Part shown: positions 22,450 to 34,088 of the stretch, one piece after another | Position numbering within the stretch: position 1 is the first letter of the stretch | Layout of the letters: each line of letters starts with the position of its first letter | Source: an uncultured Methanobacteriaceae archaeon | GTDB lineage: Archaea; Methanobacteriota; Methanobacteria; Methanobacteriales; Methanobacteriaceae | NCBI GenBank assembly: GCA_963763925.1 | Contig: CAVXQG010000003.1 | Coordinates: 114,455 to 178,454 of the forward strand | Length of the DNA: 64,000 nt | Direction: 5' to 3' | Made by a program: the position numbers and the translations under genes | Notes under the pieces: model-generated | The model's input: only the letters and a program-made list of their open reading frames with translations | Told to the model about the DNA's origin: nothing | Databases searched by the model: none

Positions 22450-23046
22450 TTAAATATTCTCAGTTGAAATTAACTTAAAATGTGTTATGAATGCTGCTTC
22501 CTTCTTGCCTGGAGGATAACATGTCATGATAAGCAGTCTTGCTTGGCCATTTTGAGCGAATCTAACAGGATTAGTCTTATAATCCCATCGTATATCATTA
22601 CCGTTTGAGGTTACAGCATATGTGTATTTCTTTTGAGTTGCTGTATCGATAATAACGGCTTTATCTCCAATTTTAAGAGTTCCTATGTTGACAAACAAAT
22701 GTGAATATGTTGTGCGGTGACCTAGAAGACCAACTTCACCGGGTTGTCCAAATCCAACACTTTGAGGATAATGATAAACTGCATTGTAGGCATTTACGGT
22801 GTCAGATCTTATACTGCAATCAACGCCCAGTTTAGGAATGATCAATTCTCCTATTGAAGTACCATCAAAAGAATTAACAGGATCTAAAGCATTTACTGGA
22901 TCGCTCATTATCTCATTATAATTTTTTAAACTATTTTGAGCCTTGCTTAGATCTTGTGACTGTTCATAAGCTGCCATAACAATGGTTAGGGAAATAAAAA
23001 TGCATGTAACAATGATTATGCCCGCAAATATATCAGTCTGTTTCAT
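22450..23046 (-). CDS. Sortase-family protein (class D/E-like)
   Basis: N-terminal [24 protein letters not shown] (catalytic His), LIMTCYP (catalytic Cys). Confidence 0.85.
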   Translation of the reverse strand: MKQTDIFAGIIIVTCIFISLTIVMAAYEQSQDLSKAQNSLKNYNEIMSDPVNALDPVNSFDGTSIGELIIPKLGVDCSIRSDTVNAYNAVYHYPQSVGFGQPGEVGLLGHRTTYSHLFVNIGTLKIGDKAVIIDTATQKKYTYAVTSNGNDIRWDYKTNPVRFAQNGQARLLIMTCYPPGKKEAAFITHFKLISTENI

Positions 23047-23794
23047 GATTGACCACTAATAGGGGTCCAACTTTCTTTGCAATGATCGATTTGTAATCCG
23101 ATACCATCCAAGGATCGTCTACCCAAACAGTTAATGTAGCTTTTACACCAATATCTGCTAATTCATTTATAATAACATTTGCCTTTGGTTCATCCAAAGC
23201 CCATTTAAAATCGGCAACAATTTCTTCAAATTTGATTATTATATCTTCAACATCAATTTCGTAGGGTATGGTGATGTTAAGACCTATCATTTTCTCTTCT
23301 GATAAGGTGTGGTTTATATGTACATTGGCTGAAAAATTGGAATTTGGAATTGTTACAATATTATTATCCGGTGTAATTAGTTTAGTAACTCTAAAACCCA
23401 TGAGTATGACTTTTCCCTTTATATTGGATATTTCGATAATATCTCCCACTTTGAAACTTTTATCTCCCAGCACAAATAGGCCGGCTATAAAATTTGAGAT
23501 AGTGTCTCTGGCTGCGAAACCCACAGCAATACCCACAATACCCAAGCTAACTGCTATGGCTGTTATGTTTATTCCTATTTCATTAAGAATGATTGTAAAT
23601 GCAAATGCATACACAGTATATTTTATTATTTCATTTATAACCTGTATAAGAGTTGGATCAAATTCAAACTTTATTCCTGTTTTGTTTATGAATATTGAAG
23701 TCCATTTGATGATTAGGAATGCTGAGATAAGTATTATAATACTTACAATTATTTCTTTTAGGAAGATGTTACTTGTAATTGTTTCAAGGTTCAT
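23033..23794 (-). CDS. mscS: Small-conductance mechanosensitive channel
   Basis: Three TMs, [27 protein letters not shown]. Confidence 0.9.
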   Translation of the reverse strand: MNLETITSNIFLKEIIVSIIILISAFLIIKWTSIFINKTGIKFEFDPTLIQVINEIIKYTVYAFAFTIILNEIGINITAIAVSLGIVGIAVGFAARDTISNFIAGLFVLGDKSFKVGDIIEISNIKGKVILMGFRVTKLITPDNNIVTIPNSNFSANVHINHTLSEEKMIGLNITIPYEIDVEDIIIKFEEIVADFKWALDEPKANVIINELADIGVKATLTVWVDDPWMVSDYKSIIAKKVGPLLVVNHETD

Positions 23795-24693
23795 TTTGTT
23801 TCACCTCAAAAACCATCATGTCATCTGCAATACAAGAATCTTCAAAAATGTCTAAAGCTTCCTTTGCAAGGGTTTTAGTTTCTTTGTATCTTGTGCTGAT
23901 GTGGGTTAATAATAATTTTTTTACACAGGCTTTTTTAGCTATTTGGGCGGCCATTTCGGCTGTTGAATGTCCTGTTTCCAGGGCATTCTCTCTGTGGCTA
24001 TTGTTAAAGGTTGATTCATGGATTAATATATCTGCACCATATGAAAATTTTACCATCTGTTCACATGGACTTGTATCGCCAGAATATACTATTTTACGGC
24101 CTGTTCGTTTTTCTCCAAGCACCTGTTCGGGTTTAACTTCTTTATCGCCAACTTTAACCGAAAATCCCCTTTGAAGTTTACCAAAATCTGGTCCTGGTTT
24201 GACACCATGCTTTATAGCATTTTCTTTCATGAATTTAGGTTCTCGTCTTTTCATTAAAACAGTATGCTAAATTTAAAACAGAGTGTTTTGCTATACAACA
24301 ACTCACAGTATATTCTTTTTCTTCGAGGATAATTCCTTCTGTAACTTCATGTACCCTTATTTCGAAGGACATTGCAAAGTAACCCAAACCTTTTACATTC
24401 ATAATTAAATTTGAAAGTCCTGGCGGACCAAATATATCCAATGGTTCTGTTCTGCCCCTGAATGCCATGGACTGTATCATTCCGGGAATGCCTAGAATAT
24501 GGTCTCCATGGAAATGTGTGATGAATATTTTATCTATCTTCATAGGGCTTAATCGAGCCCTTGTCATTTGTCTCTGGGTTCCTTCACCACAGTCGAGTAA
24601 TATAATCTCTCCAAAGCCTTTTAATGCTATTGCTGAATGGTTTCTGTGATTGGTTGGTATTGCTGATGATGTTCCAAGAAATATTAGTTCCAT
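23784..24693 (-). CDS. rnz: Ribonuclease Z, interrupted by a +1 frameshift near 24248
   Basis: FLGT, DCGEGTQ, THFHGDH in the 5' ORF; YSGDT, HEST, HST, THISTRY in the 3' ORF. Confidence 0.9.
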
Positions 24694-24930
24694 TTATTCC
24701 ACCTGTTGGAATTTATTTGATTATCCTTTGTTTGATCATAATAATTTGATCTTGAGATTAATTCCTTTATTAATTTCATTATTCTTGTTAAATGGGGTTT
24801 TATGACCCCTTAACCTATGAACATTTATATCTTTTATTTTATATAGAAATACCCATAGAAGCTAATTAAAATTTATGTAAAAACTAGATAACCTAAAATT
24901 TAACATTTTTTGACTGATTGAAGTGATCCA

Positions 24931-25761
24931 ATGATGCATGATCTTAGTGAAATAATTAAAATGGTATACAAAGACATTGGTTTTGAAGATTTAACAACTA
25001 ATGCATTAATAGATCCGGATATTATAATAAATGCCAAGATAATCACCAGGCAAGAGGGTATTTTATCTGGTGTTGAGTTGGCTAGTTCTATCTTCCAAGA
25101 GTTTTCAATCAAATCTAATATAAAAAAATTTGATGGAGACCATGTGGTTGCAGATGATGTTGTGATGGATATCGAAGGTAATGCACGTACTATTCTAACA
25201 GTTGAGAGGACTGTTCTTAACATTATCATGAGAATGAGTGGCATAGCAACCATCACTCATAATCTGATTAAAAAGGTAGATAACCGAGTAATTGTTGCTG
25301 GAACACGTAAAACAACACCAGGACTACAATTTTTCGAAAAAGAAGCTATTCGAATGGGTGGTGGGGATACGCATCGTTTCAGACTCGATGACTGTGTGCT
25401 TATAAAGGATAATCATATAGCAATTGTTGGCAGTGTTAGAAGAGCTGTTGAAAAGGCTAAGAAATATGTCAGTTTCACTAAAAAAATTGAAATAGAAGTT
25501 GAAAGCACCAAAGATGCATTAGAAGCAGCTATTAGTGGTGTGGATATAATGATGTTGGATAATATGAATCCTAATGAAATAAAAAATGTTGTAAATGCTC
25601 TTGAAAATAAAAATTTAAGAGATAAAATTTTAATCGAAGTTTCTGGTGGAATAAACCCTGATAATATTTTAGATTATGCAAATACTGGTGTTGATATTAT
25701 ATCTACAGGTTATATAACCCATTCAGTTAGATCTTTGGATATGAGCCTTGAAATTATTTAA
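24931..25761 (+). CDS. nadC: Quinolinate phosphoribosyltransferase (nicotinate-nucleotide diphosphorylase)
   Basis: TRKTTPG, HRFRLDD, IKDNH, EIEVE, MLDN, SGGI. Confidence 0.95.
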   Translation: MMHDLSEIIKMVYKDIGFEDLTTNALIDPDIIINAKIITRQEGILSGVELASSIFQEFSIKSNIKKFDGDHVVADDVVMDIEGNARTILTVERTVLNIIMRMSGIATITHNLIKKVDNRVIVAGTRKTTPGLQFFEKEAIRMGGGDTHRFRLDDCVLIKDNHIAIVGSVRRAVEKAKKYVSFTKKIEIEVESTKDALEAAISGVDIMMLDNMNPNEIKNVVNALENKNLRDKILIEVSGGINPDNILDYANTGVDIISTGYITHSVRSLDMSLEII

Positions 25762-25970
25762 TTGATTTTTAATAATATGTAAGAGAATTTTGGAATATCA
25801 TCATAAAAATCTGATATCATAACACATTCTATATTTTTAATTAAATGATTGATAATTATAATGAATTTCATTTGAATTATCCAGATTATACAGTCGAAAT
25901 ACAATATAACGCAATAAAGTATATATAGGTTTTTTTACAGATCATTTGTATAGAAAGGTGGAGGCATTTA

Positions 25971-26504
25971 ATGTTCGATAATGATGAAAAAGAATACATA
26001 GAATCTAATGAAGATACAGCTGAAAATTCGACCGAAGAAATGAATGATGAATCAACAAAAAATATTGATGATAATGAAGAGGAATTATCTGAAGAAACAG
26101 TTGAAGAAGATGAAGTATCGGAAGAAGAATTTGATGAAGAAGGACAACCAATTGAAGATGAATCATTACCATTTGCAAAGGCTGAAGTTGTACGACTCAT
26201 GAAGAAGAATCTCGATAAAGATAAGATGATAAGGGAGAGAGTTAAAGTCGAGATGAACAGATTCCTTGGAGAAGTTCTTGAAAGGGTATGTGAACAGCTG
26301 AATGATTATCCTTACACTACCATAGAATATGAAATGCTCAAAGAATCAATATATCCTTACACCAATATTAAACGAATCAATGAGGAAAAGTTCAGGATAT
26401 TAAAACATCTGGAAGCTATTAAAGCAGATTGTGACGCCTTAACCATGGATGTTAAAAAATCTTTAAAGCTCAAAGATGTTGATGATACAGATGAGATATT
26501 TTAA
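25971..26504 (+). CDS. Histone-fold protein with acidic N-terminal tail and C-terminal helix (coiled-coil-histone-like)
   Basis: [13 protein letters not shown]...(long helix)...TTIEYEML follows the histone-fold alpha1-alpha2-alpha3 pattern. About half of the first 65 aa are D/E. Confidence 0.65.
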   Translation: MFDNDEKEYIESNEDTAENSTEEMNDESTKNIDDNEEELSEETVEEDEVSEEEFDEEGQPIEDESLPFAKAEVVRLMKKNLDKDKMIRERVKVEMNRFLGEVLERVCEQLNDYPYTTIEYEMLKESIYPYTNIKRINEEKFRILKHLEAIKADCDALTMDVKKSLKLKDVDDTDEIF

Positions 26505-26597
26505 TCTCATTCTATTATCTTCTATCAAATTGAATCTTATTTTTATTTAAAAAAATTAGTAAATTAATAATTTTAATGGATGATGTGTATTTTATAA

Positions 26598-27161
26598 TTA
26601 TTTGTCTATGGTTAAAAAACCGGTATTAAGTTCTTTTATTTCATTTTCACTCAGTTTTCTATGTTTTGCAGAATCGTTAACTATAATACTGTGACCAAAT
26701 GGATCTTCGACTACTAATGTTGCCTTTTCATCGCCATTTTTCAGATTCTCAATCTTTTCAAGTATTTTAAGGGCGTTAGTTTTAATTTCTTCTTCTTCAG
26801 CCCATCCAATTGCGGTTGCAATAGCAGTTTCAAACCGATTTAATACACCTTCAACATTTGATACATAACCCTGTGATTTGGGGCCTGGTTCAACTTTAAG
26901 TCCAAGTTCGGGTATGCTTAATGTTGCTGTCTGGGATTTAACAACACGTGTATTAATGTTATTTTTATTAATCTCAAGGGTATATCTTACTGGTTCTTTT
27001 TGCTCCAAACATATGGTATCTGAATGTTTGTATCCACATTCGGTGCATAAAAGTGTTGATTCCATAATTTCGCCGAAATATGGAATTTTCTCAGTTTTAC
27101 TAGTCATTTCTAACGTGTTTTTACCCCTACAAACAGGGCAATCGGTCTTAATATTATCCAA
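26598..27161 (-). CDS. ZPR1-related zinc-finger protein
   Basis: CPVC...IPYFGE...CTECGYK, IPELG..EPG, NVEGVL, DPFGHS. Confidence 0.9.
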   Translation of the reverse strand: MDNIKTDCPVCRGKNTLEMTSKTEKIPYFGEIMESTLLCTECGYKHSDTICLEQKEPVRYTLEINKNNINTRVVKSQTATLSIPELGLKVEPGPKSQGYVSNVEGVLNRFETAIATAIGWAEEEEIKTNALKILEKIENLKNGDEKATLVVEDPFGHSIIVNDSAKHRKLSENEIKELNTGFLTIDK

Positions 27162-27225
27162 GTTCGAACTCTCCTGTTTAATTTTATTTGGGGATCATCA
27201 AATTTTACAATAATTATATTGATAT

Positions 27226-28209
27226 TTATGATTTGGTTATTGATTCTGAACCTTTAACCTTACCTTTATAAATAAAGCCCTTCTTATCCAGATCTCTTAT
27301 CATATTATCCAATGTTTCATTATCGGGTGCACATATTTTGTGACTATGAACATTGTCGGCTAATTTATAGAGATTTTCAAGATCATGTTTTCTCTGTGGT
27401 GTGCTTTGCAACTTGTCAATGAAACGTTTAGATTCTACTGGATCAAACACATTTACATTTCTTTTTAGTGGTTCACCAAATCCTGGAAGGAAATATGAAA
27501 CATCAACCATTCTACCGCCATATCTCTCCAGTATAATGGATGTTTCTTCTCCAAGTTGATCAACGGTGTGTTTGAAAAGCATTACTTTACATATTTCTCT
27601 TATTAAGGTTAGCATCCTTTTTTTAGTATTTTCTATCTCTAAATTGTTAATAACAGGTATGCCATGTTCATTAGCACTTTTTACTAGGTAATCGTTTATT
27701 ATTCTGTTTTCTTTGAAATATTCGAGGTGTTTGCCGCCACGTTTTATCTTCATGGCACGTTTAACAAATCTTTCTTTATGAATCTCTTTGTTTGCTGTTA
27801 ATATGAAAAAGTGTATAGATGCATCGTCCTTAAATTTATCTATATTAATAAAACCCGGTACAAGGTGAACTCCTTCGATCACAACATCGTCGTAGTCGTC
27901 CACAGCTCTTCTTATAACCCTTTCAATAGCGGGTATAACAAAAGAGGCGTGGTCTTCAAAACCTGCTTCGATCAGCGCGTCGGTGTCGCCATCATACCGT
28001 TCTTTGTCCCTAAGTGTTGTATAAGCATCAAATGATGATTTGTGAAGTGAGGGTGCATAGTCTGGACCAATTATCCCACGAACTATGGCTCTGATAAAAT
28101 CTGTCTCTATTAAATGTTTAATTCCCAATTCCTTCGCTAGTTCAGAGGCTATTGTTGATTTCCCAATACCTGATGCACTTCCAATAAGTATAACGTAGGG
28201 TTTTCTCAA
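27226..28209 (-). CDS. 2-phosphoglycerate kinase-like P-loop protein with C-terminal 3H-like domain
   Basis: [24 protein letters not shown]. The C-terminal KHT...VHSHKI pattern resembles a 3H domain. Confidence 0.75.
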   Translation of the reverse strand: MRKPYVILIGSASGIGKSTIASELAKELGIKHLIETDFIRAIVRGIIGPDYAPSLHKSSFDAYTTLRDKERYDGDTDALIEAGFEDHASFVIPAIERVIRRAVDDYDDVVIEGVHLVPGFINIDKFKDDASIHFFILTANKEIHKERFVKRAMKIKRGGKHLEYFKENRIINDYLVKSANEHGIPVINNLEIENTKKRMLTLIREICKVMLFKHTVDQLGEETSIILERYGGRMVDVSYFLPGFGEPLKRNVNVFDPVESKRFIDKLQSTPQRKHDLENLYKLADNVHSHKICAPDNETLDNMIRDLDKKGFIYKGKVKGSESITKS

Positions 28210-28256
28210 TTTTTCATCCCCAAATGTCCTAAATTCTGAAAATATTGATTTAGAAC

Positions 28257-28604
28257 TTAACTTAACATATCTACTACACGTTCAGCACTTCTTCTCATTT
28301 CAATCCTTATTAAACCAAGGTTTATGGATATACTAGTTATTACGACTAAAATTCCTTCCCCTGCATCAATCATAAGGGTTTTACCTTTTTCTCCTTCTAT
28401 CATTACCTGTTGCAATGGTTCATGTTTCATTTCTTCTGCAGATCTTTCAGCTGTACCAAAAACTGCAGAAGCCATAGCAGCTACCAGTTCGGAGTCAATG
28501 TCTCCAGGTACTTCACTTTCAATAATTAAACCATCTTTTCCAACAACCAGTGATCCATCTACTCCGTTGATCCGTCCTAAATCCTTAAGTATTCTTTCTA
28601 TCAT
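28257..28604 (-). CDS. Roadblock/LC7 (MglB-like) protein
   Basis: [15 protein letters not shown]...VAAMAS...VMIEGEKG...NLGLIR. Confidence 0.9.
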   Translation of the reverse strand: MIERILKDLGRINGVDGSLVVGKDGLIIESEVPGDIDSELVAAMASAVFGTAERSAEEMKHEPLQQVMIEGEKGKTLMIDAGEGILVVITSISINLGLIRIEMRRSAERVVDMLS

Positions 28605-28727
28605 ACTATGCCTCCACCAATAGATTGAGTTATCTACCCAAAGTATATATCTTGGTTTAACATTTATTTAATAAATAGGTAATGTAAAGTTTCACAGTAA
28701 TTTACTAAAATTTATAGGAGTGATCCT

Positions 28728-29786
28728 TTGTATTTTATAACTTCTCTTCAAGAAATTCAAGATCTTAATCCCTTTGTCATCATTGGATGTGGTGGTGGAG
28801 GAGAAAAGTTTTCTAATTTTGAAGGTGTTGAAGCATGTGGTTTCATAGATGATGATCCCAAAAAACAGGGAATGAAATTCTGTAACAATATAATATCTCA
28901 AGATTTAAAGGAAGTTCTCGATAGAACCAATGCCAAAAGTGTTGCTATAATGCTACCAATAGGTGCTGAAGGAACCGCATTAAAGTATGCTGTAGAGGCA
29001 ATAGACAACGGTAAGAACGTTGTTACATCATTCAGATCGCTGCCAATTATTCAGAATGAGGCACTAATAAAATTTGCAAATGTTAAGGGTGTTATTTTAA
29101 AGGAGATAAGCCCTCGCCTTGATGTTATAAGGGAGATATTCGGGACAGCACCACCAATGTGTACTGAAATTTTACCAAAACTTGATTATATACCAAAAAC
29201 GCCAGTGGTATTTGTTGGAGGTACTTCTCAAGAGTGTGGAAAAAGAACTACAACTAGACTTTTAGGTAAAGCAGCAAAAGAGAAAGGATTGAATGCCGTT
29301 GTTATATCGACCGATGAAATGGGATTTGAACAACCAGTTGACATGAATTTCCGTGCTGGCAGCCTTTCTGTGATGGATGTTGCATCTGCCATTATCGGTT
29401 CGATCAAATATATGGAAGAAAAAAAGGATCCGGATATTATTTTTATTGAAGGACAATCTAGCCTCACTGAAAAGGGCAATCCTCATCCAAGGGGACTTTC
29501 AGCAGCCATTCTTATAGGTTCAATGCCTGCAGCAACTATTGTATGCCACAGGCCAAATCATCCTTACAGAGAACCTAGGGGAATTAAAACAGAATTAAAA
29601 GCCATTGAAGCATTGGAGCCTACTAAAGTAGTAGGATTATCAATTAATTTAAGAAATGTAATTGATAAAAATGAAATTCACAATTATGAGGATGAATATG
29701 AACTGCCAGCTGTGGATGTAACAGATGGCGGTGCATCAAGATTGCTGGACGTAATTATTGATCATATAGGGGATTTTAAGAAATGA
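28728..29786 (+). CDS. DUF1611-family P-loop protein
   Basis: Rossmann-like N-terminus (IIGCGGGG), [18 protein letters not shown]...HP, ILIGSMP...CH. Confidence 0.8.
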   Translation: MYFITSLQEIQDLNPFVIIGCGGGGEKFSNFEGVEACGFIDDDPKKQGMKFCNNIISQDLKEVLDRTNAKSVAIMLPIGAEGTALKYAVEAIDNGKNVVTSFRSLPIIQNEALIKFANVKGVILKEISPRLDVIREIFGTAPPMCTEILPKLDYIPKTPVVFVGGTSQECGKRTTTRLLGKAAKEKGLNAVVISTDEMGFEQPVDMNFRAGSLSVMDVASAIIGSIKYMEEKKDPDIIFIEGQSSLTEKGNPHPRGLSAAILIGSMPAATIVCHRPNHPYREPRGIKTELKAIEALEPTKVVGLSINLRNVIDKNEIHNYEDEYELPAVDVTDGGASRLLDVIIDHIGDFKK

Positions 29787-30139
29787 CTGATATATTGGAC
29801 ATTATAAAGAAAAATATTGGTATGGATGAAGAAAAAGAGAATAAAGAAGAACAAGAGACAATAATTGTTCCAGAACATTCATTCTATGAAATTATATTAA
29901 TGAAGGCCAAAAATTTCGACGATTTTGACTCTGCATTGAGTCAGATCAACGAAGAGAAAAATCCAATTATAATGGATATGAGTACTCTTGAACGGGACAG
30001 TCCCGAGGAATTTAAGTTAGCAGGTGAAAAATTAAAGGCATTTAGGGATAATACTGGAGGAGAAGCTATATTACTCTGTAAAAATGGTAAAAATATTATT
30101 ATTATCACTCCACCCGAGATCAAACTTATAAGGAAGTGA
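29783..30139 (+). CDS. sepF: Cell division protein SepF (archaeal)
   Basis: N-terminal amphipathic helix ([13 protein letters not shown]), [31 protein letters not shown] as in Methanobacteriales SepF. ATGA overlap with the upstream gene. Confidence 0.8.
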   Translation: MTDILDIIKKNIGMDEEKENKEEQETIIVPEHSFYEIILMKAKNFDDFDSALSQINEEKNPIIMDMSTLERDSPEEFKLAGEKLKAFRDNTGGEAILLCKNGKNIIIITPPEIKLIRK

Positions 30140-30252
30140 AAAACAATATTCACTTAATTAATATTATAATTAAAAGTAAGAAATCAAATTAATTATTTTA
30201 TAAATTAGTAATCCATAAAATGATTGCAATTCGGGTAGATTGGGGGATATAA

Positions 30253-31507
30253 ATGGAGTTACCAATAACTAGACCTTCCATGATGTGTTATGCAGATGAA
30301 CTGAAATTTCCAGATCTTTTAAACGATCTTGTCATCCAATAAACATAATGGATTCATAAGGATTACAGCTGGTCCTGAGGAAGGTTTCATTCTTTTTAAA
30401 GAAGGCAAAGAAATTGCAGCTTCTTATATTAGGTATTCACGTGTAGATGCAATTGAAAAAATTAAATCCGCAATGGAAGATAATACAACTCTAATTGAAG
30501 TCTTCGATGTAAGATCTAATCAAATAGACTTCTTCATGGATATGAACAAACCATATCTAATTGGTTCAGATGCATATGATCTGATTGACAAATATAAAAA
30601 ACCAGAAGAAGAAAAAAAAGAACCAATGCCTAAAGCTGTTCCAAAACCCAAACCTGTACCGGATGGTATTCCAAAAAAAAGTAGTTCAGAACCTGTATCA
30701 GAAAAAGTTGAAAAACAAGCGGTATCAAAAACCAAAGAAAATATTGTTCCATCTCAAGATGACACAACTGACGAGACAGAAAAATTTTCTGAAACAGAGA
30801 CGGTTAAACAAACTGAAAATGAGAATACTGTCAAAGAAGATGTTCCAGAAATCAAAAAGATAGAACCAATCAAAGAACAGATACTAGAAGATGAATCAAC
30901 CACTGAAAAGATAGCTGAAACAGAATCTGCCAATAAAACAATTTCAAAATCAGTTCCAGAAATTGTTAAATCTGAACCTGAAATTGACATATCAGGAGAC
31001 GAAGTTTCAAATGAGGAACCTTCGATGGATATTTTAAATTCACCAGAATCATCTGAAAAAGATATAGAATCATTATCAAAAGAAGATAGTCCAAGACCAT
31101 CTATGGATAGATATGAATTAATGAAAAAGTATGGTATCAAAGATATCCAAGAGGAAGACGTAACTAACATACTCGAATCCTATAAAGGTGGTTCTGTAAG
31201 CGATGAAGATGTTGAGAAAATAGAACTGACCCTGATGAATAAGATCAAAAAATCCACCCTTTCAATTCCAAAGATAAGGGGTGCAGAAGTCATGGTTTTC
31301 CTTGATAATGCTGATAGATTGACTGGAAAAGTAAATATTATAATAGAATCCGAAACCCAAGGATTTTTATCACGTATAATGGGTGATTCAAACAAAGATA
31401 ATCTGGAAAGACAAATAATCGAGATTTCAGAGATAGAAATAAGGAAAAGCTTTAGAAAATATCCTGAAATTGTTGATGATTTTAATATCAATGTAGAGAT
31501 TAGTTAG
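30253..31507 (+). CDS. DUF2226-domain protein with long acidic linker; +1 frameshift near 30328
   Basis: ATG at 30253 after GGGGAT gives MELPITRPS...DLLNDL, then the frame shifts into ORF 30329 (HNGFIRIT...[10 protein letters not shown]...IEVFD). [11 protein letters not shown] motif. Confidence 0.7.
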
Positions 31508-31517
31508 GAGGTATAAG

Positions 31518-32297
31518 ATGACAAGAGTTATAACAGTTGCTTCAGGAAAGGGCGGTGTAGGGAAGACAACTATAACAGCCAATTTAGGTGTTGCATTAGC
31601 AACTTACGGAGAAGAAACTATTGTATTGGATGCAGATGTTGCAATGGCCAACCTCGAACTCATCCTAGGTATGGAAGGAAAATCTGTAACATTACACGAT
31701 GTCCTTTCTGGTGCAGCATCCATAGAAGACGCTATATATGAAGGTCCTGGGGGCGTAAAAGTAGTTCCAGCAGGAATATCATTAGAAGGTCTTCGTAAAG
31801 TTAAAATGGAAAGATTGGAAAGTGCATTAGAAATATTAGTTGAAAATACAGATATCCTACTCATAGATGCTCCTGCAGGACTTGAAAAGGATGCTTTGGC
31901 AGCTATTGCAGCTGCTCAGGAGATGATATTAGTTACCACTCCTGAAGTACCGTCAATCAGCGATGCTTTAAAAACTAAGATCATAGCCAATAAACTTGGT
32001 GTTGAGATCATAGGTGTTGTTATAAACAGGGAGCAGCACGATAAAACATTCCTAACCATTACTGAAATTGAAACCATACTTGAAGTACCCGTTATAGCAG
32101 TTATTCCAGACGATCCTGAGGTTAGCAGGGCAGCAGCATTTGGTGAACCTTTAATCATTAAAAATCCTAAATCACCCACTAGCAATGCTATAATGCAGTT
32201 AGGTGCTGATTTAATAGGAGAAGAGTACCAGCCAATTGAACCGGACAAGAAAGGAGTCATTTCAAAACTTGTTGAGGGCCTTCTTGGTAGGAGATAA
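31518..32297 (+). CDS. minD: MinD-family ATPase
   Basis: [24 protein letters not shown]-terminal amphipathic helix. Confidence 0.92.
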   Translation: MTRVITVASGKGGVGKTTITANLGVALATYGEETIVLDADVAMANLELILGMEGKSVTLHDVLSGAASIEDAIYEGPGGVKVVPAGISLEGLRKVKMERLESALEILVENTDILLIDAPAGLEKDALAAIAAAQEMILVTTPEVPSISDALKTKIIANKLGVEIIGVVINREQHDKTFLTITEIETILEVPVIAVIPDDPEVSRAAAFGEPLIIKNPKSPTSNAIMQLGADLIGEEYQPIEPDKKGVISKLVEGLLGRR

Positions 32298-32342
32298 AGA
32301 TTTTAAATAATTGGTATATTATAGGCTGGAAAAAGATATAAA

Positions 32343-33131
32343 ATGTCAAGATTCATAGCATTTGCTTCCGGAAAGGGTGGAGTCGGAAGAACATCATTAA
32401 CATTCAACTTGGGAGTTGCACTTTCGCTCTTTGGAGAAGAAATTGTCATGCTGGACCTAGATCTAGTCATGGCTAATTTAGATGTCATTACTGGGCTTTT
32501 AAATCCCGATGTAACGCTACATGATGTTCTTGTACGTGACAAATCAATAGACGAATGTGTTTATGAGGTTAATCAGGGAATACGTGTAGTGCCAACAGGA
32601 ATCCATTTTGAAACCCTAAAACATATAAATCCCAACTATATTTCATGGAACAAGATAATGAATGAGATATCTGAATATGGTGATATGTTTTTAATGGATC
32701 TTCCAGCAGGGATTAATGCAAACGTTTTTGAAGGACTTCCAGAGAACACAGAGGCTATATTAGTTACACAATCGACCATGCCTTCGGTTGCAGACGCACT
32801 AAAAATAAGAATACTTTTCAACGAGCTAAACATAAAGATAAGCGGTTTTGTACTGAACATGTGGTACGATGATAAGTTTCTTCTATCAGAAAATGAGATA
32901 GAATCAATACTTGAAGTTCCAATGATAGGACTAATACCATACGATAGGGAAGTTGAGAGATCAATGGCGCTTGGAAGATCGGTTGTAGAAGTAAACCCTT
33001 CCTCTCCAACAAGTAATGCAATCATGCAGCTTGCTGCTGATCTTTTAGGAAAAGATTATAATCCTATTGAACCGAATAAAGAGGGTATTGTGGGCAGAAT
33101 AAAGAAATTTGTTGGATTACTTCCTGAATAA
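32343..33131 (+). CDS. minD: Second MinD-family ATPase (Walker A GKGGVGRT)
   Basis: Tandem paralog: [38 protein letters not shown]-terminal amphipathic helix. Confidence 0.85.
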   Translation: MSRFIAFASGKGGVGRTSLTFNLGVALSLFGEEIVMLDLDLVMANLDVITGLLNPDVTLHDVLVRDKSIDECVYEVNQGIRVVPTGIHFETLKHINPNYISWNKIMNEISEYGDMFLMDLPAGINANVFEGLPENTEAILVTQSTMPSVADALKIRILFNELNIKISGFVLNMWYDDKFLLSENEIESILEVPMIGLIPYDREVERSMALGRSVVEVNPSSPTSNAIMQLAADLLGKDYNPIEPNKEGIVGRIKKFVGLLPE

Positions 33132-33189
33132 AAATTAAATTTATAATATAAATCATTTTTTTTTAAATATCCAAATATGGATGTAAAAC

Positions 33190-34068
33190 ATGAAAAATCC
33201 CAAATTAGATGTTCTTGGACTTGGAACATGCAACATTGATTTTTTAATGAATGTTTCTCGTTTTTCTGATGCTGATGATGAGGTAGATATTGAAAAACTT
33301 CGAATATCCCTCGGGGGATCAGCAGCCAACTTCACTGTAGGAGTATCTCGTCTAGGTTTAAAAGCGGGTATAATGGCCCGAATTGGAAATGATCAATATG
33401 GAGAATATATTCTATCCGAATTTAAAAGGGAAAATATTGATACCGACAGATTAATTCCTATCGATAAGAAAACTGGAATGGCATTTATAGCAGTCGAACC
33501 AGATGGTGAAAGGTCTATATATACATTTATGGGGGCTAATTCTAAATTCAAACTCGAAAATGAAGATATAAATCATATAAAACAATCAGGAATCCTACAT
33601 ATCACTGGCATGTACATTGAAGCCGTTGAAGAAGCATCTAAACATGCCAACATATTATCTTTTAATCCTGGTGCTCTACTGTCTTCTTATGGTTTAGATA
33701 ATCTTGAAAAGATTCTGAAAAGAACCGATATTTTATTTCTTAACAAAAAAGAAGTCAAAATACTTACTGGCATGGAATGTCATGCTGGTGCATTGAAACT
33801 TGTGGAAATAGGAGTACCATTGGTGGTCGTTACAATGGGTGCTAAGGGAGCGATTGTTTATAACACGTCAGGTCAGATTCATTATCCTGCAAATAAACTG
33901 GATGTTCTCGATACAACAGGTGCAGGTGATTCATTTGCAGCAGGATTTATAACAGCATATTATCAAAAAAGAAGTCTTAATGAATGTTTGAAATCAGGAA
34001 ATGAATCTGCTGCTAATTGTGTTAGTAAATTGGGTGCACTAGATCATTTAAAATATAAATTTGTTTGA
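33190..34068 (+). CDS. PfkB-family carbohydrate/nucleoside kinase
   Basis: GGSAAN, DTTGAGDSF. Confidence 0.92.
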   Translation: MKNPKLDVLGLGTCNIDFLMNVSRFSDADDEVDIEKLRISLGGSAANFTVGVSRLGLKAGIMARIGNDQYGEYILSEFKRENIDTDRLIPIDKKTGMAFIAVEPDGERSIYTFMGANSKFKLENEDINHIKQSGILHITGMYIEAVEEASKHANILSFNPGALLSSYGLDNLEKILKRTDILFLNKKEVKILTGMECHAGALKLVEIGVPLVVVTMGAKGAIVYNTSGQIHYPANKLDVLDTTGAGDSFAAGFITAYYQKRSLNECLKSGNESAANCVSKLGALDHLKYKFV

Positions 34069-34088
34069 AATTTGATAAAACTTTGTTA

